Assembly (NCBI GenBank): GCA_964057225.1
Contig: OZ059895.1
Coordinates: 5,580,001-5,644,000 of the forward strand
Direction: 5' to 3'
Source of the DNA: Auanema rhodensis
Lineage: Eukaryota > Animalia > Nematoda
DNA length: 64,000 nt
Made by a program: the position numbers and the translations under genes. This document shows positions 36,879 to 47,924 of this stretch, in pieces. The notes under the pieces are model-generated. The model made no database searches. It saw only the letters and a program-made list of their open reading frames with translations, and was not told the origin of the DNA. Every line of letters starts with the position of its first letter. The stretch's first letter is position 1.

Positions 36879-39800
36879 AAGGGGGGAAGTGAGAGAAAAG
36901 AAAGAAAGAGAGAAAATGAAAGATGAGTAAAATAAGAAGGAATCCGAACTAATTTAATGAAATATGGATAAAGAACAATAAGAGAGTAAAGAGAGAGAGA
37001 TAGAGAGATAGAGAGGGAGGAGAGAAAGAGAAAGAGAGGTTTAGAAGGTGATCCTAAAAGCTAAACAACAATTCCTTTTTCAGAACATAAAAACCTTTTT
37101 ACACGAAAAGACAGAAATTTCGATCAACGTGAACCCTTTTCAAGATCAAAAAGTTTGAAAAACTTATTTAATAAATCACATTATATTGAAAAATTCCATA
37201 ATGGATCTCTGTTTCTCCTTCTCTCTACCTCTTTGAAAACTTCAAAAATTAAAAGAATAATGAATATAAATGATTTTAAATAATTAATAATAATTAATAA
37301 AAAAGAAATATATTTATGTATATTATATATAAAATATTAAAAAATTAAATATAAACGAGATGGCATGTTGATGTTCTAGAATTGAGATCATTGACGTAAT
37401 ACCTCCAGCATAGATAATGTTATCATCGTCGTTGTTGTTTGTTTTGAAATATACAATATTAACTAAAATGAGAAGCCAAATAGTTGTTTATATTTTATAA
37501 AAAATTATATAAATATATTAAATTAGAACAATAAATATAAAGAAATTAATAAAAAATATAAAATAATTAATATTTATAATTAATTGGAAGTAAAAACAAA
37601 AATTCTTATATTACCTCCTTCTCCTCCTCCTCCTCTTCTTATTCTTCCACATGAAGTTTTTGGATAAAAAGTGCATTGAAATACAATGATAAAAAGCTTT
37701 TGCACATCGTGAGGTAAAGCATAGAAGTGGTATATAGAGAAAGTAAGGAAGAAAGAAAGAAAGAGATATATAGAGGGAGAGAGAGAGATAGAGAGAGAGC
37801 AAGAATTCAAAAGAGGAAAAAGTGCAAAGAGAGTGCAAATGTCACAAAAAATTCTCACGTCTGTTTCAATTTTTTTCTAAATACTTCGATAAATTTTCTT
37901 TATTTAATGCAAAAAAATTAATAATTATATATTTCAAATAAAATTATTTTTGAAAATTTAAAAAAAATTAAAGAACATTAAAGAAGAGAGGGTTGGAATT
38001 ACATAGGACTTTAAAATGAAATTCGAATAGGCCGATTCAGATGGCTGAAGATGAGGATGTCAGCTTTAATCCAAAAAAAAAAGATAAAATGTGCGAAAAG
38101 TTCATTCATTATTTTTTAGAAAATGATGGATAAGCATATTTAAAGAAATTGAACTTATGCGTTTAACATCAGATAGCACGAGGAGATAGAGAGAGGCACA
38201 CGCAGAGATAAAGAAATATTGGGAGAGAGAGAGAGGGAGAGAGAGATTGAAAGAGAGGGAGAGAGAGAGAGAGATAAGTAGTAGAAGAAGATTACAAGTT
38301 AAACGTTTTATAAGAAAGTGTTGGAGAGAATGAGGGTGGATAGGATTAGGAAAGGTAAAGAGAAAAAGAGAGACACAGAGAGTCTGGAAATCCCAAAAAA
38401 AGCTGTTTTGAGAATTTAGTTCAAAAGTTTGGATTAAAAGCAAATGTTTCAAATAAGCCCACCATGTTTTCATACTCCTCGGTCTTTTGGAACGATGAGA
38501 TGAAAATTTGAGAAAATATTGTGAATAAGCGGAAACGAGAGATAGAGGGAGAAGGTGAGAGAATGAAACTTACAGCTTATCCTGTCGATTAGAAATGTTA
38601 AGAGAGGCATATAGAGGAAGGATGAAAGACAACGATAAAGACATTGATCTCAATTTGAATGACCTGAAGTTATGACGTCATTAGATGTATGCTGTCTCAT
38701 TTGAAGTCTTTTTGGTTCATTCGTTAGTTATTCCACGAAAGCGTAAATTGAAAATGGACAATGAAATGCTGAGAAGGTGAATATAAACTTTAATAAAGAA
38801 ATTAAAGTTTGTAACAAAACGTGAATGAATATCATAAACAAGTTGAAAATGCTGAAACAACAATGTTGATTCTTCCTATATTTCTCTTTTCTAATTGAAC
38901 TTTTAGTCATATCAACAGAAGTATTGTCTTTCTAACAAACATATGCGGTATTTTGCTACAACTTGAACTTAAATTCTAAAACCTATTTTATGGTCAATGC
39001 TGTTGTTAAGCCTTTTTTTACTTTCATATGCTTTAACATGAGCGTAAGAACATAAAAAGTATAAGATACACATATAATCATTTCATCAGAAGAAGCACTT
39101 CATATAGGCATTCCCTTTCTCTTCTTTTTTCATCTTTTTGATTATTTAGTCATGTACATACAGCACAAGCATCATGTTCACATCTTGGCAACGAAGTCAC
39201 AATGCCATCAGATGACGATCACGTTCAACACATTCGACATAGATGACCAATTTGAAATTCTGAGGAATTTGATACTTCATGAAGACGAGGCCCATTCTCA
39301 TTCACGATTTCTAGGTGATGCTGAGAGAGAGAGAGAGAGAGAGGAGGGGGGGGGAGAGAGTGAGATATGTCAGTAACACACATCTAAGATGTCATTTTAA
39401 AGCCAAACGTAGAACATAAAAGCTTGTGTTAGATAGACAATTATATTATTTTATAATAATCAGTATATTATATATTATATGATATAATATATTTTATTTT
39501 ATTTATAGAATATAGAGATTTACAATATTAGACGATTGAAGCATCAAATGAAATTCAAGAGGTGAGAATATCGATGTTGATATCCCTGGACGACGATTCA
39601 AAAGCATTTTTTCCCCTTTTTGGGGGAGAAAAATACGACACTTGTACTTGTATTTGCAAGCAGGTTTCCATTTTGTATTCAAAATAAAGGGCAACAAAAA
39701 GAAAACAAAAAAGGCTGCAAGTACATTGAAAAGGCAAGAAAAAAAAGAATTGTATAAGAATATCTTTGCAAATAAGTTGAAAAATCATTTTAGTGAATTG

Positions 39801-42800
39801 AGTTCTCTTCTCTTCATCCTCTCCACCCTATATATAGACATTCATATTGATGCCTCATTATAATTATTTATACGTATAGTATAACTGAGTGTTTGAGACA
39901 TTTTTTTTTGTTTGAATAGAATAGGAAGAAGAGTGAACGGAGGCAAAGGGAATCAGAATATCTTTGTGACTTCGAGGCTCTTGTGTGAATCCATCCATCC
40001 TTTTAAGGCAAAGCGACCCCCAGCCCTCTTCCCATCTTCCTTTATCCATCATCATCATCATTTCTCTCCCACCCTCTCTCTTTCCTCCCAGCTTACTACT
40101 TGAACCACCTTCCTCTATTCTTTCCACCCTCCTCTCCTAACTCATTATTGATTGAAATTTGAATTTTTTCAACTTTGAGAAGGAGGTGAAGCTGATGTAA
40201 GAGGTGCAGAAGGGTAAATTGAAGCAAAGAAAAGGCTGTATTAAGAAGAAGTAGAGGAAGAAACAGTGAAGACGATGATGAAACATTTCAAGTTCATGAG
40301 TTCAAAGACACAGATCAATCATAACAGTTCACGGGAATATATATTGAATAGGTGAAGAATGAGATGAACAAGTGCTAAGTTTAAGTTAAACTTGAAACTT
40401 TGTAAAAAACTTGAAAACGAAATAATAGAAAAGAATGAATCTACAAAACTCATGAAAGGGAGATAAAGAGGGAAAGAGGGAGAGAGGTTAAAGAAAGATA
40501 AAGACGAATGTTTCAATCAGTGGTGATAATGAGACAAAGCAGATGGTAAAACCTGATGATAATGATAATTAATGAAACAAGGAACATATAGAAGAATAAA
40601 GTTTATAACAGTTAGAGAGAGAAAGAGAGAGAGAGAGGGAAGGAAGGATGATAAGCAGGTACAACATGAAGCATGAAGCATGAAGCATGAAGAGAATGTA
40701 TGAAAAGGACATCGAAAGCAAAAGATGGGAGAAAAGAATCATCTGAAATTCGTTTGTTGCACCTTTCCCTTGTTCCTGAATATTAAAAGCTGTAAAAGAC
40801 AGGTAGATGTAAATGTTAAATTGAATAAAATTATTTAAAAACTTAGAAAATAAAATAAAGAAATATAATATTAATTATAATAAAATTATATAAAAGAATA
40901 AATAATAAAATATATATTATGTGGTAATGATACTTATACTCTTATCCCAAAAACAGAGAATAGATAGACGAAAGAATGGATAAAGTTCTAGCTGTTTCTC
41001 ATCGAAGCCATTGTCGTCGACATTGCTGCTCCGACGGCTTTCAACGCTCTTAGTCTATTCTCCCTGCCATCTATGTATGTTTCAAAAGAGTATATGAAGT
41101 ATAAAGCGGAAACAAGGCTGCGCTATGTGATTCAGAAAAGATGAACTGGTGGCGCGAAGAAACTTCCGTGGCCAGTAAGGAGCAAAAGTATGACAGAGTA
41201 TAATATCTGGCTCATCTGATTCAGATATAGTCAACTCAATCAATCAAAGCCTTTGTGTAGATGAATCAGAAGGAGAATGTAGCTACATCGACTATGAACT
41301 GAAAAGTCAAATTTATAAATTTGGTTCTGGAACGAAAGGAAAAGAGCTTCAAGTAGAAAAGTAAATGGCATTTGCTGATATAAGTCTGTTTCTGTCTATG
41401 TCTCTCCGTTTTGCCTGTGTTTTCATTAGTTCTTCACTTCTGTCCTTGCCCCAGGCATTCTTCTGCTCCTCCCATTTCTCATCGTTGTCTCTTGTTGTCT
41501 TCTCCATTTCGTTTGTGGAACCATTGTTATTTTGGCTTCAACCCTCATCGTCTGTTCTCATGTTCCGCTATTCCCTCATTTCCATATATAGGAGTGAATA
41601 TGCTACGGCCGCCTTTGCTCTTTTAACCATCCAACTCATCGTTATGGACATGACGTAGTTTGTCATCATCTTCTCTACCTATTCATTCGTCTAGCTAGCC
41701 CTTAACCGATTACACGTCGTCCACATCGTCGTCGTAGGACTCACACACACACATACACACAGCATAGTAATCTTACTTAGTCATGTATGAGTATATGTTA
41801 TATACTCTTATTTGAAAACGAAAAAGAATATAAAAGACATTTGTATATACTTATATCCTTTAGGTAACGTATATACATATAACTGAAAATGGGAATAGCA
41901 TTCAGAAATAATTCACACCAAATGACGTCATCATTCCTTCTTGTATCTTCATTATCCGTTATCTTAAGCTCGAGTCAGTTCATTATGATCTCATCAATGG
42001 ATGTTGTTGAACGGATGATGTTGCTGTTTCTTTGGTTGACCGACTGGATTTATCCTCTGCCGGTGCACCAAGTGACAGACCAGCTGGTATAAGAATCACA
42101 TTTGTTTTCTTCTTCTCCTCCCCCCCCCCTCCCCACCTCCTTCTCTTCCCCTCTCTTTCTCTCTTTGCTACCAAAACCTTTATTTCTAAGATACATATGA
42201 TTGTTTTTTCTCTTGGTCTCGATGTTTACCCTCAGAGGTACCTACTCACTCTCTCTCTCTTTTTTTTCTTCTCCCTCCTTTTTCCACTTCTTCCATCTAG
42301 TCCCTCCCTCATTCTTCTCACCTAAACTGCCCAATCTCTCTCTCTCTCTCTCTTCTTTTTTTCTTCCCCTCTCTAAAACTCTCAAATTCATTCCTTTTAC
42401 TTCGGTTATTTTTCTCAATTTTCTCTTCAAAAACATCTTTTCCCTTTCCCTCTTTACTAACTTTTTCTCTCTGTATGTTTCTTGTTCTTCGAAATAAAAA
42501 AAGATACGAGTAGGAGGATAGAATTGAAATCTCTTTTTCTGTTTCTCTCCCAGTCTTCTTCAATAGTTTTCACTCTCTCTCTTACTCCTCCTTCATTTTC
42601 TCTCATTTTCTTTCGTTCAAGCTGAGATGATCAGAAATCATGTAAACCATAATTTGCATTAGCTGAACTTTGCTGGAACTCAGGTTCCAAGAATAGATTG
42701 AGCATGCAGGAAAATAGTTTTGGAAGAAAAAAGGTATTACCTGAAGACATAGTACGGAAATAGAATAGAGTAACAAACTTTCAGCATATCCAAAAAGAAA

Positions 42801-42861
42801 AAATATTGGAAAGAATTGAAGTAAAAGAATAAATGGAATTTACGGAGAGAATATGAGAGGC

Positions 42862-42904
<43 letters not shown>

Positions 42905-43629
42905 AATACGTTTTTATGAAAAGTAAGATAAGACAATCAAAAGCAAAAACCATTTCTAGAATTCGATCGGATTAGAAATATGCAAAAGTACAAATAATTT
43001 TCGGGAAAAGTATTCCAAATCAGCAATTGAGCTTGAAACTTAAAATGCTTTTTGTTTGTTAGGTTTGAATGATACAAACTCAAAATTTGAATGAAACCGA
43101 TAGATTATCGTAATGGATATTTGAGATTTCTTTTAATTTTGAATTCTTATCATCTCTTCTCTACACCTACTCCTCCCACTAAGTTCCTAAGTATTATCTG
43201 TTATCACCCACACTAAAGTATCTAAAACTCTCATTTCTACAATTCTCTTTATCTATTTCTTTCTATTTCTTTCTCTTCTTCTTTTTCTTCTAATTTCAAA
43301 ACGAACTTTAGGTGGTTTAACACCTGTTTCTCTCCGATTCAACTTTCAAAGCCCATGGGTAAGATGAGGAGAAAAGATAGGTAGGTAGGTGTTGTTAGTT
43401 AGAACAGAGCTGATATTCTTTCTCAGCTTCGCACAAGCAACAGACATCAGACTATGTCTCGAAGACAGACAGAGCATCAGCGAATCGTTGACCAGATAAT
43501 GAAGAAACGTTCAACCTAGTTTCTGAAGTAAAGGGAGGGGAGGTAGATGAAATTTCATCATAAACTAGGGACTGAAAAACCTAGAAATGCATAAGTGTTT
43601 GGGTGGGTTACTGTATCTCCCATTCTCTC

Positions 43630-43667
<38 letters not shown>

Positions 43668-44271
43668 GCTATCTCTGCTAACTATTTAAATAATAAAATA
43701 ATATAGGAAGAATAGATGAAATAAACGTCGGAAAAGATGAAAAGAAATAAATAAAAACATTAACGTTTAATGATGTTTTTTTGAAATAAAATGTATTTTT
43801 TTAATAATTTTATTTGTTTACATAACAAATAAATATCTTTTTTTTTCTTTATAATTTGATAATTAAAATAAAAGATTAAAAAGTGAAATATATCATATAA
43901 TATTTATAAGAAATATATATTTATTTGAAGGAAACAGCAAAAAATGATAAGAAAATATGAAGAAAATGTAAAAAGAAAACGAAGAAGATGAAGATAAAGA
44001 AGAAGATGAAGCATAGATCTCATGAACATGATCACTAATCAGCAAAATATTTGTTTCAAATTCTATTTTGTACCACAAAATGTACGGAACAAATGAAATT
44101 TAAGCCTTCTAATTATAAGTTTTGGTAAGGATGAAGGGGTAAAAACTTAATATTATAAAGAATTATAAAGAATATAATATAGTTAAGAAAGATATAGTTA
44201 ATGATACAATTTATTGTCATCATTATCATTTATAATTAAAATTTGGTGGTAACCGGCTGATCTTGCGTGTT

Positions 44272-44603
44272 ATGACAGAAGAAAGGTTAAGCTTTATGTT
44301 GGAGAATTCAACTTATTTATCCGAATATGCTCAATATTTAGAAAAAAAAAGATTTTTTTAGACATTCAGAAGATGAAGAATGTAATAATGATTGTCCAGA
44401 TGATATACCTGAGGTATATAAATATAATAAATAAATATAAATAAATATATTTAAGATGAAATATGGTGATCGTCTTTTAGATGATTTAATTAATACATTT
44501 TGTGATAAATTAACTTCTGTATGTCCATATAAAATTGAAGGAATGTTAGCAATTCAATTTTTAATGGTAAAGTTATTTATTATTATTATTATAAATAATA
44601 ATA

Positions 44604-44638
<35 letters not shown>

Positions 44639-45436
44639 GATTGATCCAGAACAAGTTTGTCATTTAATAAGTGGTGATAATCGGGTAATTCAAATCTTAT
44701 ATGATTCCATACGACAACATTATATTTTAATTTATTATAATAATGAAAAAATATTTTTATATGATTCAGTGTATGCTAAAGATCGTAATTTATCTGATGT
44801 GGTTGGTTTTAAATTTAAAATTCAAAAGAAAAAAAAAGAAATATTTAGATGAATGAATGTGTATTAAGACAAATAACATGTTTATTTGGTCATTTATTTG
44901 AAAATCATATTGTACCATTATATGTTGTACGTGATCTTAATGCTCAAGTATGTTTGTTAGAACTTGGTCAGCTTAAACTTAAATTAGAACGAATGTTATG
45001 AATAAAGAATCAAAAGTTTTAAAGTTGGACTATTTCAGCATGATGATTGGTCTTGTGGATATCGTTCAGTAGCATCACTTGTAGAATTAGTATGTGGTAG
45101 AGATCCAAGCATGTATGTATAATCTATATAATCTATAATACATATAATTAATAATAAAGGACTATATATTCAAGAAGAAGAATTTTTAAATTTCTTCATG
45201 AAGTATTATGTTCATCTGAAAATTTAAGTTGGAAATCATTTCTTAATGCTCAACTTGGAATGTAAGTTGTATTATCTATATTTATAATTATTTTATTTTT
45301 AATTATATTTAGTGAACGTCAACGAAATTATGAATCTGCTATACATGTACATGTTTTTCCTAATGGAACTTATCATCAACATTTGAATTTGGATGAGAAA
45401 AGCGAGTTGTCAGCTAAAGATAGCAGTGAAAATTAA
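44272..45436 (+). CDS. Ulp1/C48-like (clan CE) cysteine peptidase, ~245 aa, 8 exons
   Basis: Exons 44272-44285 (tentative), 44362-44413, 44456-44566, 44640-44801, 44849-44947, 45039-45112, 45160-45261, 45313-45436. Motifs LLDDLIN, IQILYDSIRQHYILIYYNNEKIFLYDS and AQHDDWSCG place His, Asp, Gln and Cys in Ulp1 order. Confidence 0.82.
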
Positions 45437-45660
45437 AAAAAAAAACTTTTATTCATAGGTTTCTTTATAGAATATTTTGTATAAAACATAATTTAAATAT
45501 TGAAAGTAATGTACTTACTTAGAAATTGCTTTAAACACATGAACTTTGATGTTTCTTAGAAAAAAAATATAAATTCAATACATATTCATTGAAAAAAATA
45601 CAAAGAAACGACTATATAATTGGAATATTTTCATGTATGTTTCAGTATTTACTACTTAAA

Positions 45661-46017
45661 TCAAATCATTTGGTTGGCTTCAATGATGCGAGGCATAGAA
45701 CGCATATCACTTCTGATATGTTGGAAGACAGGAAATCCACGACCATACTTGTTCTCATGAGTTGCAAAGTAAGGGAATCGTCTATTGAGAACTTGTCCCT
45801 CATTACGAACGTCAAGAGATAATAAACCATGGAAGTCTGGCATTCCGTTACGCATGAAGATAGGAAAAGCCCGTTGGTTGACCATTGTACGACTTTCGAA
45901 AGCCTATTATAAGGACAAATTGATGTTTTGATGTGTCAAGAGATAACTTACATAGATAGTAACTGCCAAGAAGATGGCACAAAGCATCAAACATCTGCCG
46001 GTATGTCTCATCCACAT
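45661..46017 (-). CDS. Secreted 102-aa neuropeptide-like precursor, 2 exons
   Basis: Exons 46017-45952 and 45903-45661 (GTAAGT...ATAG intron, phase 0). Signal-peptide-like MWMRHTGRCLMLCAIFLAVTIYA, followed by RAFPIF, RRFPYF and RGFPVF repeats. Confidence 0.75.
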
Positions 46018-46577
46018 GATATGAAATGAATTTGAAAATGAATGAAGAAACTACTTTATATACTAATCTCTTGTTATCAATTAATAATTATATTAATCTT
46101 TATGAGTAATTTTTATTATTTTTAATGTTTATTAATTCATAAAATACAAGAAATTGTTGATTATTATTATCATCTTATCATTTTTATTTTTTATATATTA
46201 AAACCATTTTCACACGTTTGAAAGATAAGAGAAAAAACATTTAAAAAATTGTTTTTCAAATATTAAATATAATTCTGAATTCTATCTATTATGATTATAA
46301 AGATTTATTGATATATTACATATTTTTAATTAAAAAAATTCTAAATCTTCTTCAAAACTTTAAAAAATGTAAATGAAATCGAATAATATCAATTTGAGAA
46401 ACTTTTCAAAAAAAAACAACTTATACTATAATCTATTGAAACATACATTGATTGATAATTTAATTTTTATAATAAATATTTTTTAAATTTTATGTTAACT
46501 ATACGTATAATGAAGAACATCATCATCATTATGTGTTCATGCTCAATGGATTAGAACTGATTTGATCTTGTTACATC

Positions 46578-46624
46578 AATAGTATATAATAGGTATAAAG
46601 GGAGCTAGATGGTCCATCCATTCA
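46578..46624 (+). repeat. Left terminal inverted repeat of the mini-Maverick
   Basis: AATAGTATATAATAGGTATAAAGGGAGCTAGATGGTCCATCCATTCA; matches the reverse complement of 47878-47924 except at positions 2 and 5. Confidence 0.92.
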
Positions 46625-46662
46625 CTGATTCTCACTTTTCAAAACCTTTTTTTTTGAATATT

Positions 46663-47064
46663 TTAATTCACAAAATCATCAAATCTGTTGTAACTTAATG
46701 AAAATGTTTCTTTTCTATAAAAGTCTTGAAGATATGATGAACTAACTTTAACATCTCCCTTGAGCCTTTGAAGCATATCAAGACCATTGAAACTTTTGAG
46801 AGTTTGAGCTATTTCATTTTTTTCATCTATGATCTCTTCTTGTAATTTCTTATTTGATTCTACTATTGGTTTAATAACCTCAATCCTATGATCTTCTATA
46901 TTTTCCAAATTGCTACGCTCTTTTAAATTTTTGAATTTGTGTTTTTTTCTGTTTTTCAAATAATTTTCAATAATCTCATATCCTTTGTAAGGATCATAAA
47001 CTTGTACTAATCCAAGAGATCTAGGAATCTGAGATTCTACTAATCCAAAGGATCTAGAAGACAT
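46663..47064 (-). pseudogene. Truncated Polinton/adintovirus-type coiled-coil ORF
   Basis: 133-aa ORF containing VYDPYKGYEIIENYLKNRKKHKFKNLKERS...VIKPIVESNKKLQEEI, which resembles the DP.KR..IV.DYL...ER...FKPI.E N-terminus of a common Polinton ORF (recalled, not searched). Lies inside the TIRs. Confidence 0.5.
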
Positions 47065-47133
47065 TTTTGAAATTTTGAAAAAGTAATTAATTTAGAAAAT
47101 ATTTATATTTATAAATAGAGGAAATTACTAATA

Positions 47134-47289
47134 ATGTACTCTTTATTAAAATATGAAAATGATGAGGATATTAAAACAATCAAAGAGATCAAGAAATTGA
47201 GTAGAGACGAAGTTCGTAAAGAAGGTTTTAATAAGTTGAGATCTTTGATTCTACAAGCACGTGAAGTGCACGTGAAGTTATTGTTTTAG
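47134..47289 (+). pseudogene. pPolB fragment (KMYS/thumb region), degenerate
   Basis: MYSLLKYENDEDIKTIKEIKKLSRDEV resembles Polinton pPolB KMYS....E.K..KG(I/V)KK. Confidence 0.45.
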
Positions 47290-47478
47290 TAAGAAGTTCT
47301 ATGAATTCCGAGAATTTAAAAAAATGATGATAAATTGTTTTTCTTAGTAAATAAAAAAGATTGTAGGCTCCCTTACTTGAAAAAGTACTTTATTCTTACA
47401 AAATGGATTATTTCAATAGAATATCTAGAAATGATCTTTGTAAAGAAGTTATAAAACTTCTTTATATAATGTCTGAAT

Positions 47479-47547
47479 ATGGAAAATTTAAAAACACGAG
47501 GATCAGGTTGGACTATTCCAGAAGTCAATTACCTTGAGATGAATCTT
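47479..47547 (+). pseudogene. pPolB N-terminal GSGW fragment
   Basis: MENLKTRGSGWTIPEVNYLEMNL matches the GSGW motif N-terminal to Polinton DNA polymerases. Confidence 0.7.
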
Positions 47548-47614
47548 CCGAAAACAGTGGATGAGTTTTGGGATAGTCGCAGAAATCAAAGTTCTTCCTA
47601 AAAGCTGAATCTAT
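47543..47614 (-). pseudogene. pPolB fragment downstream of motif C, inverted
   Basis: DSAFRKNFDFCDYPKTHPLFSED corresponds to the Polinton pPolB FD.SDYP..HPL(Y/F)S motif. Confidence 0.75.
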
Positions 47615-47616
47615 CT

Positions 47617-47727
47617 GAAAACAATGTCAGTTTATGTTATCAAGATACAGATTCCTTGATGTACCACATAAATACTGAGGATCTTCACGCTGATATTGAG
47701 AAAGATTCAGATTTTAAGGAGCTTTTT
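47617..47727 (+). pseudogene. pPolB catalytic motif C fragment (YxDTDS)
   Basis: ENNVSLCYQDTDSLMYHINTEDLHADIEKDSDFKELF. Confidence 0.85.
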
Positions 47728-47729
47728 TC

Positions 47730-47877
47730 ATTTTTTAAATACTCTTGAAGTTTTAGTGGTGGATCTAACCTAAAAGAATCAAAGTAATAAATCTCCTTAT
47801 TGTTCTTGGAGAAACAAACCCAATGAGTTCCTTTACCATCTGAAGAATTTAGATTGACAACACCTACTTCTCTTTCT
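47730..47877 (-). pseudogene. Adenain-type (Polinton PRO) protease fragment
   Basis: EREVGVVNLNSSDGKGTHWVCFSKNNKEIYYFDSFRLDPPLKLQEYLK; His and Asp motifs present, Gln/Cys half missing. Confidence 0.85.
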
Positions 47878-47924
47878 TGAATGGATGGACCATCTAGCTC
47901 CCTTTATACCTATTATATAATACT
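47878..47924 (-). repeat. Right terminal inverted repeat of the mini-Maverick
   Basis: Reverse complement reads AGTATTATATAATAGGTATAAAGGGAGCTAGATGGTCCATCCATTCA; the TSD TACATC follows immediately on the + strand. Confidence 0.92.

Larger units (their letters stand above)
46578..47924. mobile_element. Non-autonomous miniature Maverick/Polinton (1347 bp)
   Basis: 47-bp TIRs at 46578-46624 and 47878-47924 with 2 mismatches and consensus end AGTAGT; 6-bp TSD TACATC at 46572-46577 and 47925-47930; interior carries pPolB, adenain and Polinton coiled-coil ORF fragments. Confidence 0.9.

Noticed and set aside
37358-37406. Weak hairpin containing TGAGATCA (bantam/mir-80 seed)
   Set aside because: Pairing is too poor and too short for a pre-miRNA.
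41983-42084. Possible minus-strand terminal exon (GLSLGAPAEDKSSRSTKE...*)
   Set aside because: No partner exons and no recognisable homology.
45745-45800. ACGACCATACTT resembling a U3 snoRNA 5' end, with nearby C/D-like boxes
   Set aside because: No GGAUCA box A continuation; the region is explained by the minus-strand secreted peptide gene.
47650-47700. Minus-strand QYQREDPQYLCG read as the catalytic Cys half of the adenain fragment
   Set aside because: Needs a frameshift and is simply the antisense of the much stronger pPolB YQDTDS segment on +.
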